A stretch of 64,000 nucleotides of DNA from an uncultured Thermoleophilia bacterium (GCA_963797125.1 CAWCOI010000005.1:177598-241597); one strand, 5' to 3'; positions 36,186 through 45,910 are shown, counted from the first letter of the stretch. The notes: generated by a model from the letters alone, not told the origin. Made by a program: numbers and translations.

Positions 36186-36539
36186 TCAGGCCGGGCGCTC
36201 CTCGACGAGCTCGTAGAGCTTTCCGTCCGGCGGGCGGAAGTGGGTGTAGCGCCAGCGGGCGTTCTCGCTGATCCCGTCGGTCTCGACGCCTGCGGCGTGG
36301 AGCTCGCGGATGGCCTCGTCGAGATCGCCGACGATGAGGCCGACGGTGCGCTCGCCGACGGCGTCCCCCTCGTCGGGTGGAGCGACCGCGAGGACATCGC
36401 CGTTCGCGGCGGCGAAGAGCGTTGCACCGACGCCGTCGACGGTGACCGGTGTCAGCCCGAGCACGTCCCGGAGGAACGATCCCATTTCGCGATGAGCCGG
36501 CGTGTGGCTGCCGACAAAGCCGATGCCGCGGATCTCCAT
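36186..36539 (-). CDS. VOC/glyoxalase-family protein
   Basis: MEIRGIGFVGSH.. start taken at the internal Met; single VOC domain. Confidence 0.75.
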   Translation of the reverse strand: MEIRGIGFVGSHTPAHREMGSFLRDVLGLTPVTVDGVGATLFAAANGDVLAVAPPDEGDAVGERTVGLIVGDLDEAIRELHAAGVETDGISENARWRYTHFRPPDGKLYELVEERPA

Positions 36540-36592
36540 CTGTTCTCTCTCCTGTGGTTTTCGGCCTGTCTGTTCCGGCCATCTTGACACAC

Positions 36593-36606
36593 GAACATAT
36601 GTTCGT
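36593..36606. promoter_or_regulatory. LexA operator (SOS box) CGAACATATGTTCG overlapping a TTGACA -35-like hexamer upstream of imuB
   Basis: Perfect palindrome matching the Gram-positive/actinobacterial LexA consensus (CGAAC-N4-GTTCG). It lies 18 nt before the imuB GTG. A degenerate second site GAACTACAGGTTC follows at 36611-36623. Confidence 0.75.
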
Positions 36607-36623
36607 GTAGAACTACAGGTTCA

Positions 36624-37823
36624 GTGATCGCCTGCCTCCTCATCCCGGGATTCACGCTTCGCGCAGCGTTGCGCACCCGGCCGAGGCTGGCACTCGTCCC
36701 GGCAGCGCTTGCCCCGGAGCCGGGCAAGGAGGCGCTCGTCGGGCCGGTCACGGCGGCCGCTGAGGCCGCCGGGGTGCAGGTCGGCATGCGCATGGGGGAG
36801 GCGCTCGCCACCTGTCCCGGCCTCGTGCTGATCGAGCAGGATCCCGCGGCGGTGGAGCAGGAGTGGGAGGGGGTCCTGCGCCGCCTGGAGGATGCGGGGT
36901 TCGCCGTCGAGTCGGCCGAGCCCGGTCTCGTCACGTTCGAGACCGGTGGGGTCGAGCGGCTCTACGGAGGAGTGGAGGCGGCGCTGGCCAAGGCGCTCGC
37001 TTCCGTCGGATCTGCCTGGGACCCGCGCGCCGGCGCGGGCGGGCGCCGCTTCGTCGCGCTGGCGGCGGCGAGCGTGGCCCGGCCCGGACAGGCAGTGATC
37101 GTCGAGGGGAAGGAGGAGCAGGGCTTCCTGGAGCCGCTCCCCCTCTCGCTGTTGCCGCTCCCGTCGAACCGGTATGCCGAGCTCGAAGGGCTCGGCGTGC
37201 GTCGGCTCGGCGAGCTGGCGTCGCTTCCCGGCGGCGCCGTGGAGGAGCGGCTGGGGCCGGAGGGGAAGCGGGCGTGGAGCCTCGCGGGCGGGGAGCGGGG
37301 CTCTGCTCGAGCTCCCCGTGTGCGTGGGCGATCGCCTGCGGCAGAGCTGGTGGAGGCCCTCTCCTTCCCCGAGGCGATCGCAAACGAGTTGACGCTGCGG
37401 CGGGCGTTCGGAGCGTTGCTCGACCGGTTGCTGGCGCGGCCGGAGCGGGCGGGGCGGCCGCTGCGCAAGGTGGCGGTCTCGGCCAAGCTCGTCGGCGGCG
37501 GCTCGTGGCGGCGGGCGACGACGTTGCGCGAGGCGACTGCCGAGCGCGGCAGGCTGCGGGCGGCGCTCGGTCCCAAGCTGCTCGAAATCCCGGCTCCGGT
37601 GACCGAGTTGCGGTTGGAGGCGGTGGAGCTCGCCGACCACGTCGGCAACCAGCTCACGCTCGTGTCCCCGGAAGGAGACGAGATGGACGGACGGCTGCGC
37701 GAGGGGCTGAGACAGGTGCGGGCCAGCACGGGCTCGGGCTCCGTGTGCGCAGTGGTGGAGGTGGCACCGTGGTCGCGTATTCCGGAAACGCGCGCGCTCG
37801 TCGTGCCCCGCGACGGGGCCTGA
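36624..37823 (+). CDS. imuB: ImuB (Y-family polymerase-like mutasome subunit), N-terminal module only
   Basis: MIACLLIPGFTLRAAL.. UmuC/DinB-like fold lacking catalytic acidic residues. Followed by dnaE2 and preceded by an SOS box. The ORF stops at 37823 before the usual linker and C-terminal domain. Confidence 0.85.
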   Translation: MIACLLIPGFTLRAALRTRPRLALVPAALAPEPGKEALVGPVTAAAEAAGVQVGMRMGEALATCPGLVLIEQDPAAVEQEWEGVLRRLEDAGFAVESAEPGLVTFETGGVERLYGGVEAALAKALASVGSAWDPRAGAGGRRFVALAAASVARPGQAVIVEGKEEQGFLEPLPLSLLPLPSNRYAELEGLGVRRLGELASLPGGAVEERLGPEGKRAWSLAGGERGSARAPRVRGRSPAAELVEALSFPEAIANELTLRRAFGALLDRLLARPERAGRPLRKVAVSAKLVGGGSWRRATTLREATAERGRLRAALGPKLLEIPAPVTELRLEAVELADHVGNQLTLVSPEGDEMDGRLREGLRQVRASTGSGSVCAVVEVAPWSRIPETRALVVPRDGA

Positions 37824-37899
37824 CGTCGATCTGTGCCGTGGGGCGCGGAGGCGGCGACAGGCTTCAGCTCGTCGTCCGGGCTCCGGCGGCTGTGCAGCT

Positions 37900-37940
37900 G
37901 GTGGCCGGCTTCAGCCGGTCGCCGGTTTGGGCTCTGTCGT
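37900..37940. repeat. about 41 bp repeat R1 (GGTGGCCGGCTTCAGCCGGTCGCCGGTTTGGGCTCTGTCGT); second copy at 38470-38510 (38/41 identical)
   Basis: Direct sequence comparison. It contains the GGCTTCAGCC core hairpin. Confidence 0.5.
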
Positions 37941-37947
37941 GCAGCCG

Positions 37948-37983
37948 GGATGAGGCTTCAGCCTCACCCACCCGTCCCATCCC
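37948..37983 (+). repeat. second copy of the GAGGCTTCAGCCTCACCC(R)C(S)CGTCCC(R)TCC element (first at 31036)
   Basis: Near-identical to 31038-31068. Sits 25 nt upstream of the ATG of the ImuB C-terminal-domain ORF. Confidence 0.45.
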
Positions 37984-38004
37984 GGGCGAGGTCGGAGGTC
38001 ATCC

Positions 38005-38301
38005 ATGAGCACTGCCAGCGGCTCCTGGGCAAGCCGACCCCACGCGCTCTCCCATGCGACCGCTGGCCGCCTCAACGCGCCGCGCCCGGCGCTGGTCGAG
38101 GCCGGGGTCGACGGAGCTCCCTGCGTCGTCAACCGCCAGCAGGTCGCCTTCGTGCGCGAGGAGTGGCGCGTCGTCGACCGCTGGTGGACGGAGGAGCCGC
38201 TCGACCGTCGCTACTACGAGGTCGTGCTCGAATCGGGCCAGAACGTGTGCGTCTACCGCGACCAGGAGAAGGGTTGCTGGTTTACGCAGCGAGGGGCGTG
38301 A
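38005..38301 (+). CDS. ImuB C-terminal domain encoded as a separate 98 aa ORF
   Basis: ...QQVAFVREEWRVVDRWWTEEPLDRRYYEVVLESGQNVCVYRDQEKGCWFTQRG matches the conserved ImuB C-terminal domain (WW...RDY..V...G....YRD....WFL.G). Own GGAGG Shine-Dalgarno 6 nt before the ATG. Different frame from imuB. Confidence 0.7.
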   Translation: MSTASGSWASRPHALSHATAGRLNAPRPALVEAGVDGAPCVVNRQQVAFVREEWRVVDRWWTEEPLDRRYYEVVLESGQNVCVYRDQEKGCWFTQRGA

Positions 38302-38336
38302 AGAAGGTGCGATGAAAAACCGTATCGCACCTTCTT
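38301..38336 (+). terminator. intrinsic-terminator-like hairpin (13 bp perfect stem AAGAAGGTGCGAT/ATCGCACCTTCTT, 10 nt loop)
   Basis: Begins at the stop codon of the ImuB C-terminal-domain ORF; no U-tract, as is common in high-GC genomes. Confidence 0.5.
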
Positions 38337-38469
38337 CGTGCCCCTCGCTGCCGATGTCTTTAGCCGCGCTGCGCGCGGATCCTGAAGCTGGGAACCCTTC
38401 GGGTTCCAACCGGCGATCAGGCGGTGATGACAAGGTTTTTGCTTGCTTCTTGAGCTGCCGTCCAGCGTG

Positions 38470-38510
38470 GTGGCCGGCTTTAGCAGGTCGCCGGTTTGGG
38501 CTCCGTCGTT
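38470..38510. repeat. repeat R2 (copy of R1)
   Basis: GGTGGCCGGCTTTAGCAGGTCGCCGGTTTGGGCTCCGTCGT, in the intergenic gap between the hairpin terminator and the 3' end of the TfoX_N gene. Confidence 0.5.
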
Positions 38511-38523
38511 CCGGTGTCAACGC

Positions 38524-38870
38524 TCAGTCAGGAGAGATGTCGTGATCCTGGCCAAGCGCCTCGTAGGCGAGCGCCTCCCATTCCCCTGCCTGCCCAGAAG
38601 GCACCACTACCCATTGCCGGAAGGGCTGCCCGCGGCCGGAAGGATCGAAGAGATGCGCGTCCGGCAGGGCGAGAGCGCGCCGTTGCACCTCGGGTCGGTC
38701 AGCTTGAACACCATCCCCGTACGCGAGAGCCCGAAGACGAACTTCCCGGCCCGCTTCACGCACGGCATCGAGAACAGCTTCGACGCCCGCGCCTCCTCGT
38801 GCCAGGCGCAGATCGCGTCGACGATGTCGTCGTAACGCTCGCGCACCCGTCCATCGTCGCGCACGTCCAT
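38524..38870 (-). CDS. TfoX/Sxy N-terminal-domain protein (one frameshift)
   Basis: KLFSMPCVKRAGKFVFGLSRTGMVFKLTDP.. then ..DAHLFDPSGRGQPFRQWVVVPSGQAGEWEALAYEAL match the TfoX_N core (MFGG..GKMF..L.LK..DP....F.PMGRGRPM.EWV.VP). Antisense between the imuB fragments and dnaE2. Confidence 0.65.
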
Positions 38871-38956
38871 TCCTCAAAGATACGCAGCCCGACGCCTGGC
38901 TTCAGCCTGGCGTCACACGCCGGAAGGGGATGCGCGCTCCGACCAGTGCGCCAGCC

Positions 38957-41900
38957 ATGACCTACGTCGAGCTCCATTGCCATTCGTCGTACTCGTTCCT
39001 CGACGGAGCCTCACTGCCGGAAGAGCTCGCCGCCCGCGCCGCCGAGCTCGACTACCCGGCGCTCGCCCTCACCGATCACGACGGCGTCTACGGCTCGCTC
39101 GAGTTCGCCCACGCCGCGAAGGGCCTCGGCGTGCGTCCGATCACCGGCGCCGAGGTGACGCTCGACAGCAGCGCGCACCTGACGCTACTCGTCGAGTCCG
39201 GCCAGGGCTACGCGAACCTGTGCCGGATCCTGACCGAGGCGCACGCGGGCACCCGCCGGGCGGGCCGCGAGGATCGCGAGCCGCTGCCTCCGTCCGTCTC
39301 CCAGCGCTTCCTCGAGGAGCATGCCGAGGGGCTCGTCTGCCTCTCGGGCTGCGCCCGCAACGGCCTCGCGGTGCGGGACCCGAACGCCGCCGCCCGGCTC
39401 GCCCGCGCCTTCGGCCGCGAGCGCTTCTTCGTCGAGCTGCAGCGCCCGTTCGAGCGCGGCGACGTGCGCCGCAACACCGCGCTTCAGGATCTCGCCGCAC
39501 ACCTCGGGGTCGACACCGTCGCCACCGGAAACGTCCATGCCCATGCGGCGCGGCGCACGCTGCTCCAGGACACGCTCGTCGCGATCCGCTGCCGCACCTC
39601 CCTCGACGGCTGCGAGCAGGAGCGGCGCGGCAACCGCGAGAGCATCCTCCGCGCTCCGGCGGAGGTGGCGGAGCGCTTCGCCGGCATCGATCCCGCCGCC
39701 GTCTCCCGCACCGTCGAGATCGCCGAGCGCCTGCAGTTCGACCTCACCGAGGAGCTGGGCTACCGCTACCCCGATTTCTCCGACGGCATCGACCCGGCGA
39801 TCCGGCAGCTCGCCACGATCTGCAACGACGCCTTCGCCGACCGCTATTCGCCGAGCAACCGCGGTCTGCAAGCACGCGCACGCGCGCGTCTCGAGTCCGA
39901 GCTCGCGCTCATCGACGAGCTGAAGCTGGCCGGCTTCTTCCTGCTCCACTGGGAGGTGCTCGAGCTCGCGCGTGAATGCGCCCTGCAGGTGCGCGGCCAC
40001 GATTCGCCCCGCCGCTTCCTGCCACCAGGGCGGGGGCGCGGCAGCTCGGTCGGCTCGGTCGTCTGCTATCTGACCGGGCTCTCGCACGTCGACCCGGTCG
40101 CGAACGACCTCTCGCTCGGGCGCTTCCTCAACCACGAGCTAGCCTCGGTGCCGGACATCGACCTCGACTTCCCCCGCGACATCCGCGAGAAGCTGATCGT
40201 CGCCGTCACGGAGCACTACGGCAACGAGCACGCCTCGCTCGTCGCGAGCTTCGCGACGTACCGCTCGCGTGGCGCGATTCGCGATGTCGGCAAGGCGCTC
40301 GGGCTGCCGCAGGCGGAGCTCGAGCGGCTCGCCCGGCTCACCGACGGCTGGGACGCCTCGCGCATCGCCGAGGAGATGGCCGGCCTCCCGGACGCCGACC
40401 GCAAGCTCGTCTCGAAGCGCTGGCGCGCCTTTCAGTTCCTCACGACCGAGATCGCCGGCCTGCCGCGCCACATCTCCCAGCATCCGGGCGGCATGGTGAT
40501 CTCGTCGCGGCCGCTGATCGACCTCGTTCCCGTGCAACCGGCCGCGATGGCGGGGCGCCAGCTCTGCCAGTGGGACAAGGACTCGTGCTCGGACGCCGGC
40601 TTCCTCAAGATCGACCTGCTCGGGCTGGGAATGCTCTCCGCCGTCGAGGACTGCGTAGAGAAGATCGCCGAGATCTACGGGGCGCCGATCGACCTCTCCC
40701 GGATCCCGCTCGACGACGCGGACGTGTTCGACGAGATCCAGCGAGCGGACACGGTCGGCACCTTCCAGATCGAGAGCCGGGCCCAGATGCAGAGCCTGCT
40801 GCGAACGAAGCCCGAGACGATCGACGATCTCACCGTGCAGGTCGCGCTCGTGCGGCCGGGGCCGATCCAGGGCAAGGCGGTGCATCCCTACATCGAGCAC
40901 CGCAAGCGGCTGCGCGAGGATCCCTCGTTCGTCTATCCGGTCGACCACGAGTCGTTGCGCGAGCCGCTGCGCTCGACGCTTGGCGTCGTCGTCTTCCAGG
41001 ATCAGGTGCTCGACGTGGCGATCGCTCTCGCGGGCTTCTCGGTCGGCGAGGCGGAGGGGCTTCGGCGCGCGATGAGCCGCAAGCGCAGCCGGGCCGCGCT
41101 CGAGTCCCATCGGCTGCGGTTCATCGAGGGTGCCGTCGCGAAACGATGTGGCGGAGAAGGTCGCGGACACTGGTCTACGACAAGCTCGTCGGCTTCTCCG
41201 GCTTCGGCTTCCCGAAGTCGCACGCCGCCGCGTTCGGGCTTCTCGCCTACCAGTCGCAGTGGCTGCGCCACCACTATCCCGCCGAGTTTCTCTGCTCGCT
41301 GCTGAACGCCCAGCCGATGGGCTTCTACCCGCCCGCCAGCCTCGTTCGCGATGCGCAGCGGCGCGGGGTGGAGGTGCTCTCGCCCGACGTCAACCTGAGC
41401 GAAGCCTGGTGCTCGCTCGTCGCTTCTGACGCCGAAGATTGTGTCGATTCAACAGAGAGCCCTCAGGCCGTGCGGATCGGCCTCGCGTACCTGCAGTCGG
41501 TCGGAGAGGATGACGCTACGGCTCTCGTCGCCGAGCGCAAGGCGAACGGGACCTTCCGGGACGTCGGCGATCTTGCCCGGCGGGCACAGCTCTCGCAGGA
41601 TGGCCTCGTCGCGCTCGTCGAGGGTGGGGCGTGCGACTGCCTCGGCGTGAAGCGGAGAGACCTGCTCTGGGAGCTCGGCCTCGCCCTGCGGCCTACATCG
41701 GTCCCGGGAACCCAGGGCGCGGTGAAGCAACTCACCCTCTCATCGATCCGACCGCCGCGACCCCCGTGCTCCGTGACCTCACGCGCTGGGAGCAGATGGC
41801 GGCCGACTATCGCCGCACCGGCCTCTCGGTGGGCACCCACCCACTGACGCTGCTCCGGCCGCACCTGCCCGACGGGACGTTACGCAGCGACGGCCTGCAC

Positions 41901-42227
41901 CGCTCCGCGCACGGGTCCACGGTCGCCTACGCGGGCCTCGCAATCGCGCGGCAGAGGCCCGCGACGGCCAACGGGATCGTGTTCATGCTGCTCGAGGACG
42001 AGCTCGGGCAGGTGAACCTGATCGTGCCGAAGCGCGTCTACGAGCAGCACCGGGCGATCGTCCGCAATGAGCCTCTGCTCCTCGCCCACGGACGTTACGA
42101 GCGGGTGGGGGAGAACCGGAACATCCTCGTCACCTCGATCGAGACCCTTGGCTTGCTCGCGCGTCGGGTCTCGGAGCTCGATGTCGGGTCGGCGCTGCCA
42201 CGAGCGCACCACTTCGGACATCGCTGA
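38957..42227 (+). CDS. dnaE2: error-prone DNA polymerase DnaE2/ImuC (at least 2 frameshifts near 41150 and 41700)
   Basis: PHP domain MTYVELHCHSSYSFLDGAS, the polymerase core (GFPKSHAAAFGLLAYQSQWLRHHYP in the second frame) and the OB-fold C-terminus in a third frame. Confidence 0.95.
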
Positions 42228-42257
42228 GGTGGAGAACGGCTGCAGAGTCCGCGCCAC

Positions 42258-43052
42258 CTAGCCCGGGCTCGGGTCACGCAGAGCCGCCTCCCAGTACGGA
42301 GTGACCGTCTCGAAGCCGAGCCGCTCGTAGGCTGCGATCGCTGCGTCGTTGTCGGCGCGCACGTTCAGGGCGATCGTCTCGATCCCGTCGCCGAGCAGGA
42401 GCAGGCAGAGCGCGGCGCACGCACCCTGTGCGAGGCCCTGGCCCCGGAGCTCCGGCAGCGTCGCGACGTTTCCCAGCGCGGCGGCGCCCCACGTCGGCGA
42501 GTAGACATGAACTCCAGCCACACAGGCGAGGCGACCCTCGCGCCGGACGCCGACGTACCGCCCGGTCGCGAGCATTCGGGCCGTGAACCATGTCTCCGGG
42601 TAGGCCTGCCGGTAGAACGCGTCCAGCTCCGGCAAGTCGCTTTCCTCGAGCAACTCGACCGGGAGCGCGGCGGTCGGGAGCCCGTCCATCCGCGTCAGCG
42701 CCAACTTGAGATGGGGCTCGGAATGCTCGATCGCATACCGCTCGCAAAAGACCTCGAGCAGTGGGGGCGAGACGTGAACGTAGAGCTCGGACGGCAGCGT
42801 CGGGAGCAGCGCGCGCATCAGCTCCGCCATCCCCGCGTTCGGCTCCTCGGCGATCGCGATCAGGACCGGCACATCCGGCTGCGTGTAGAGCAACGCGACT
42901 TGCCCGAGACGTCCGTCCGCCTCCGACCCGAACCAACGGGTGAAGGGCCAGTCGAAGTCATCCAGGTCTCCGAGCTCGTAGACGTGGGCCGACGCATTGC
43001 GCCGCAGGAACGCGGCGAGAACGTGTCGGTCCCGGAGCTCGACGAAGGACAT
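42258..43052 (-). CDS. GNAT family N-acetyltransferase (two-domain, FR47/Eis-like)
   Basis: 264 aa intact; acetyl-CoA motif LPELRGQGLAQGACAAL. Confidence 0.85.
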   Translation of the reverse strand: MSFVELRDRHVLAAFLRRNASAHVYELGDLDDFDWPFTRWFGSEADGRLGQVALLYTQPDVPVLIAIAEEPNAGMAELMRALLPTLPSELYVHVSPPLLEVFCERYAIEHSEPHLKLALTRMDGLPTAALPVELLEESDLPELDAFYRQAYPETWFTARMLATGRYVGVRREGRLACVAGVHVYSPTWGAAALGNVATLPELRGQGLAQGACAALCLLLLGDGIETIALNVRADNDAAIAAYERLGFETVTPYWEAALRDPSPG

Positions 43053-43106
43053 CCGTCGGAGCGTAGTCAGCCTCGGAGGTGAGGCCGACCGTCTCCAGCA
43101 GGTGGT

Positions 43107-44801
43107 TCAGCCGATGGCGTCCCCTGCGACGCGGCGAACCTCTTCGAGCGTCGTGATGCCGGCCAACGCGAGCCGCACACCGTCCTCGCGGAGTGTGAAC
43201 ATGCCCTGGGCGGCCGCCATCGCTTCGATCTCCCGCGTCGGTGCCCCGACGAGAAGCGCGATCTCGTCGGTCATCGTCAGAACCTCGAACAGCGGAACGC
43301 GTCCCCGGTACCCCGTGCCGCTGCACTCAGGGCAGCCCACCGACTTGTAGATGTCCAGCTCGCCGTGCATCTCCGGCACGCGCAAGGCGTGTAGGAGGGC
43401 CGGATCCGGCGTCGTCGGCTCACAGCACGTCTGGCAGACGCGCCGTGCGAGCCGCTGGCCGATGATGCAGTTGATCGATGTGGCGAGGATGCTGCGCTCG
43501 ATGTTCATGTCGGTCAGCCGCTGGATCGCGGATGCCGCAGTCTGAGCGTGGAGCGTCGTGAGGACGAGATGGCCCGTCATGGCGGCGCGAAAGGCGATCT
43601 GTGCGGTTTCCTCGTCTCGGATCTCTCCGACGAGCAGCACGTCCGGGTCCGACCGGAGCACCGTCCGGAGGCCACTTGCGAACGTAAGGCCGGCCCTCGG
43701 GTTGACCTCGACCTGATCGAGACCTGGGGCCCGATATTCGACGGGATCCTCGATCGTCGTCAACTGGCGGTCGGGTGTATTGAGAATTTGGAGGCACGTG
43801 AAGAGCGTCGTTGTCTTGCCGGATCCCGTCGGCCCGACGACGACGACCGCACCGAACGGCTGCGAGATCGCGTGCTCGAGCGCTGCTCGACTTCGCGGCC
43901 ACATGCCAAGGGCGTCGAGCGAATCCGGTGCTTCGCCCTGCGACAGGATGCGCATTGTGACCTTCTCGCCATACGTCGTCGGCAGGATTGCAATGCGGAC
44001 GTCGAGCGATTCGTCGCCGCGCTTGATGGACACTCGGCCGTCCTGTGGGGCACGTCGCTCGGCGATGTCGAGCCCGCCCATGATCTTGAGGCGGCTCACG
44101 ACGGCGGTTGCCTGACTGCCCGGAATCGAGGTCAGCTCGCGCATGACGCCGTCAACGCGCACGCGGACGTACACGCGTCGCTGCTGCGGCGTGAAATGGA
44201 TGTCGGAGGCGCCGAGATCGAGCGCTTTCGAAATGGCTCTATTGATGAAGACGACGGAGGGCGTGTCGTGGTGCAGGTCGAGAGTGCTCGCCGTGTCCTC
44301 GCTCTCGAGAGCGTCGCCGACGAACTCCTCGACCGGGACCGACGCCGGGTCGTTGAGGGTCGTGATCGCGAGCTCGATCGATTCCGGCGAGGCGACGCAG
44401 ATGCGAACGGGCGTCCCGACCGCGAGCCGCAGCTCGTCGGAGGACATGACGTTGGTCGGATCGGCGACCGCGACGAGCACGGAGCCGTCCTCGAGGAAGC
44501 GAATCGGCACGGCCCGGTAGCGGCGAGAGAGGCTCTCGGTCAGGAGCAGGGCGGCGGAGGGGTCGATCGACGGCATGTCGAGATCGACGAACTCGAGCTC
44601 GTGCTGCTCGGCGAGGACGCGCGAAATCGCGACGGGCGTCACAAACCCTTCCTCGAGCAGGATTTCACCGAGGCGCTGGTCCGGTCGGTCGCGTTGCTTG
44701 ATGAGAGCCTGCTCGAGCTGCTCCGGGGTGACTGCGCCGTCGCGCACGAGGAGCGTCCCGAGGGCAGGCCATTGATTACGAGGGTTCCTGACCGCCTCCA
44801 T
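43107..44801 (-). CDS. gspE: GspE/PilB-family secretion ATPase (type II secretion / type IV pilus assembly ATPase)
   Basis: 564 aa intact; T2SSE_N domain, Walker A GPTGSGKTTT, Walker B DPDVLLVGEIRD, tetracysteine CQTCCEP..CPECSGTGY. Confidence 0.95.
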   Translation of the reverse strand: MEAVRNPRNQWPALGTLLVRDGAVTPEQLEQALIKQRDRPDQRLGEILLEEGFVTPVAISRVLAEQHELEFVDLDMPSIDPSAALLLTESLSRRYRAVPIRFLEDGSVLVAVADPTNVMSSDELRLAVGTPVRICVASPESIELAITTLNDPASVPVEEFVGDALESEDTASTLDLHHDTPSVVFINRAISKALDLGASDIHFTPQQRRVYVRVRVDGVMRELTSIPGSQATAVVSRLKIMGGLDIAERRAPQDGRVSIKRGDESLDVRIAILPTTYGEKVTMRILSQGEAPDSLDALGMWPRSRAALEHAISQPFGAVVVVGPTGSGKTTTLFTCLQILNTPDRQLTTIEDPVEYRAPGLDQVEVNPRAGLTFASGLRTVLRSDPDVLLVGEIRDEETAQIAFRAAMTGHLVLTTLHAQTAASAIQRLTDMNIERSILATSINCIIGQRLARRVCQTCCEPTTPDPALLHALRVPEMHGELDIYKSVGCPECSGTGYRGRVPLFEVLTMTDEIALLVGAPTREIEAMAAAQGMFTLREDGVRLALAGITTLEEVRRVAGDAIG

Positions 44802-44880
44802 TCAACGTTCCTATCGGCAGTGCGGCTGCCGTGGTTGAGGGACATTCGCCCCGTTCCCGGCGCGGTGAAAGACTGTCGTC

Positions 44881-45333
44881 GTGCGCGCCGTCGTCCAGCG
44901 GGTCAGGAGTGCCGGTGTCACGGTGGACGGAAGGTCAGTTGGCGCGACCGGAGAGGGGCTGCTCGTGCTCCTCGGCGTCGCGGGAGGCGACTCCGACGCG
45001 GATGCGGAACGCCTCGCCGGCAAGATCGCCCGGCTCCGGATCTTCGCGGCCGACGACGGGCGGTTCGACAGGTCTCTGCTCGATACGTCCGGTGAGGCAC
45101 TCGTCGTGAGCCAGTTCACGCTGCTCGGCGATGTCTCGAAGGGCAATCGCCCCGGCTTCTCGAGCGCCGCCCGTCCCGAGGAGGCAGAGCCCGTCTACGA
45201 GCGGTTCTGTGATGCGCTCCGGGCGCTCGGCGTCCCGGTGCAGACGGGCGTGTTCGGCGCTCAGATGCAGGTGGAGCTCGTGAACGACGGTCCGGTGACG
45301 ATCGTTATCGACACCGAGCCGGTGCAGACCTAG
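44881..45333 (+). CDS. dtd: D-aminoacyl-tRNA deacylase
   Basis: MRAVVQRV..SQFTL.. motifs; 150 aa, GTG start. Confidence 0.9.
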   Translation: MRAVVQRVRSAGVTVDGRSVGATGEGLLVLLGVAGGDSDADAERLAGKIARLRIFAADDGRFDRSLLDTSGEALVVSQFTLLGDVSKGNRPGFSSAARPEEAEPVYERFCDALRALGVPVQTGVFGAQMQVELVNDGPVTIVIDTEPVQT

Positions 45334-45382
45334 CGCGGCGCACCGGTGCTATCCTTACATCACCGCATTTCACTGCTTGACG

Positions 45383-45412
45383 AAATGGGCGCGTGGCGCC
45401 CATTTTTGTTGA
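45383..45412 (+). terminator. rho-independent terminator after dtd (AAATGGGCGC-GTG-GCGCCCATTT then TTGTTG)
   Basis: Perfect 10 bp stem with a 3 nt loop followed by a T-rich tract, 50 nt after the dtd stop. Confidence 0.65.
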
Positions 45413-45469
45413 GGAGAGGTGGTTCGTACCACGAGAACGACGTCGCCGAAGCGACGAAGGAGACCGAAG

Positions 45470-45910
45470 ATGGCCGACATGCTGACAACCGAGCGAACGC
45501 TCTCACGGGACATCGTCCCGGCGGTCGAGCGTGCCGTCCCGGGGGTCGAGGTGCTGGCGGTCGAGTTGCTCTCGCCGAGCCGGTTCTGCGTCTATGTCGA
45601 CCACCCGGCCGGCGTCGATCACGCGCTCTGCGCGCGGGTGACCGAGATCCTCTCCGACTACCGCAGGTCGTACACGATCGACGTCTCGTCGCCCGGCCTC
45701 GACCGGCCGCTGCGGCGGCCCGAGCACTTCCGGGCGGCCGTCGGTCACGACGTCCAGCTCCGCACCGCCGACGAGATCGCCGGCAAGAACCGTTTTCGCG
45801 GCACCGTCGTTGCCGCCACCGAACAGAGCGCCCGGATCGCCGTCGGCGAGAAGGAGCTCGACATCCCGTACGAGGCGATCGTGCGGGGCAACCTGATCGA
45901 CGAGGGATAG
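45470..45910 (+). CDS. rimP: ribosome maturation factor RimP
   Basis: RimP-like VELLSPSRFCVYVDHPAGVD; start at the internal ATG (MADMLTTER). Confidence 0.9.
   Translation: MADMLTTERTLSRDIVPAVERAVPGVEVLAVELLSPSRFCVYVDHPAGVDHALCARVTEILSDYRRSYTIDVSSPGLDRPLRRPEHFRAAVGHDVQLRTADEIAGKNRFRGTVVAATEQSARIAVGEKELDIPYEAIVRGNLIDEG

Noticed and set aside
37833-38315. 160 aa ORF (frame 3) spanning the imuB gap and overlapping the ImuB C-terminal-domain ORF
   Set aside because: Its translation is low-complexity (RRFGLCRAAG...) and it overlaps the conserved C-terminal domain encoded in frame 1. It is not a gene. Only the frame-2 stretch 37823-38006 is considered a possible linker.
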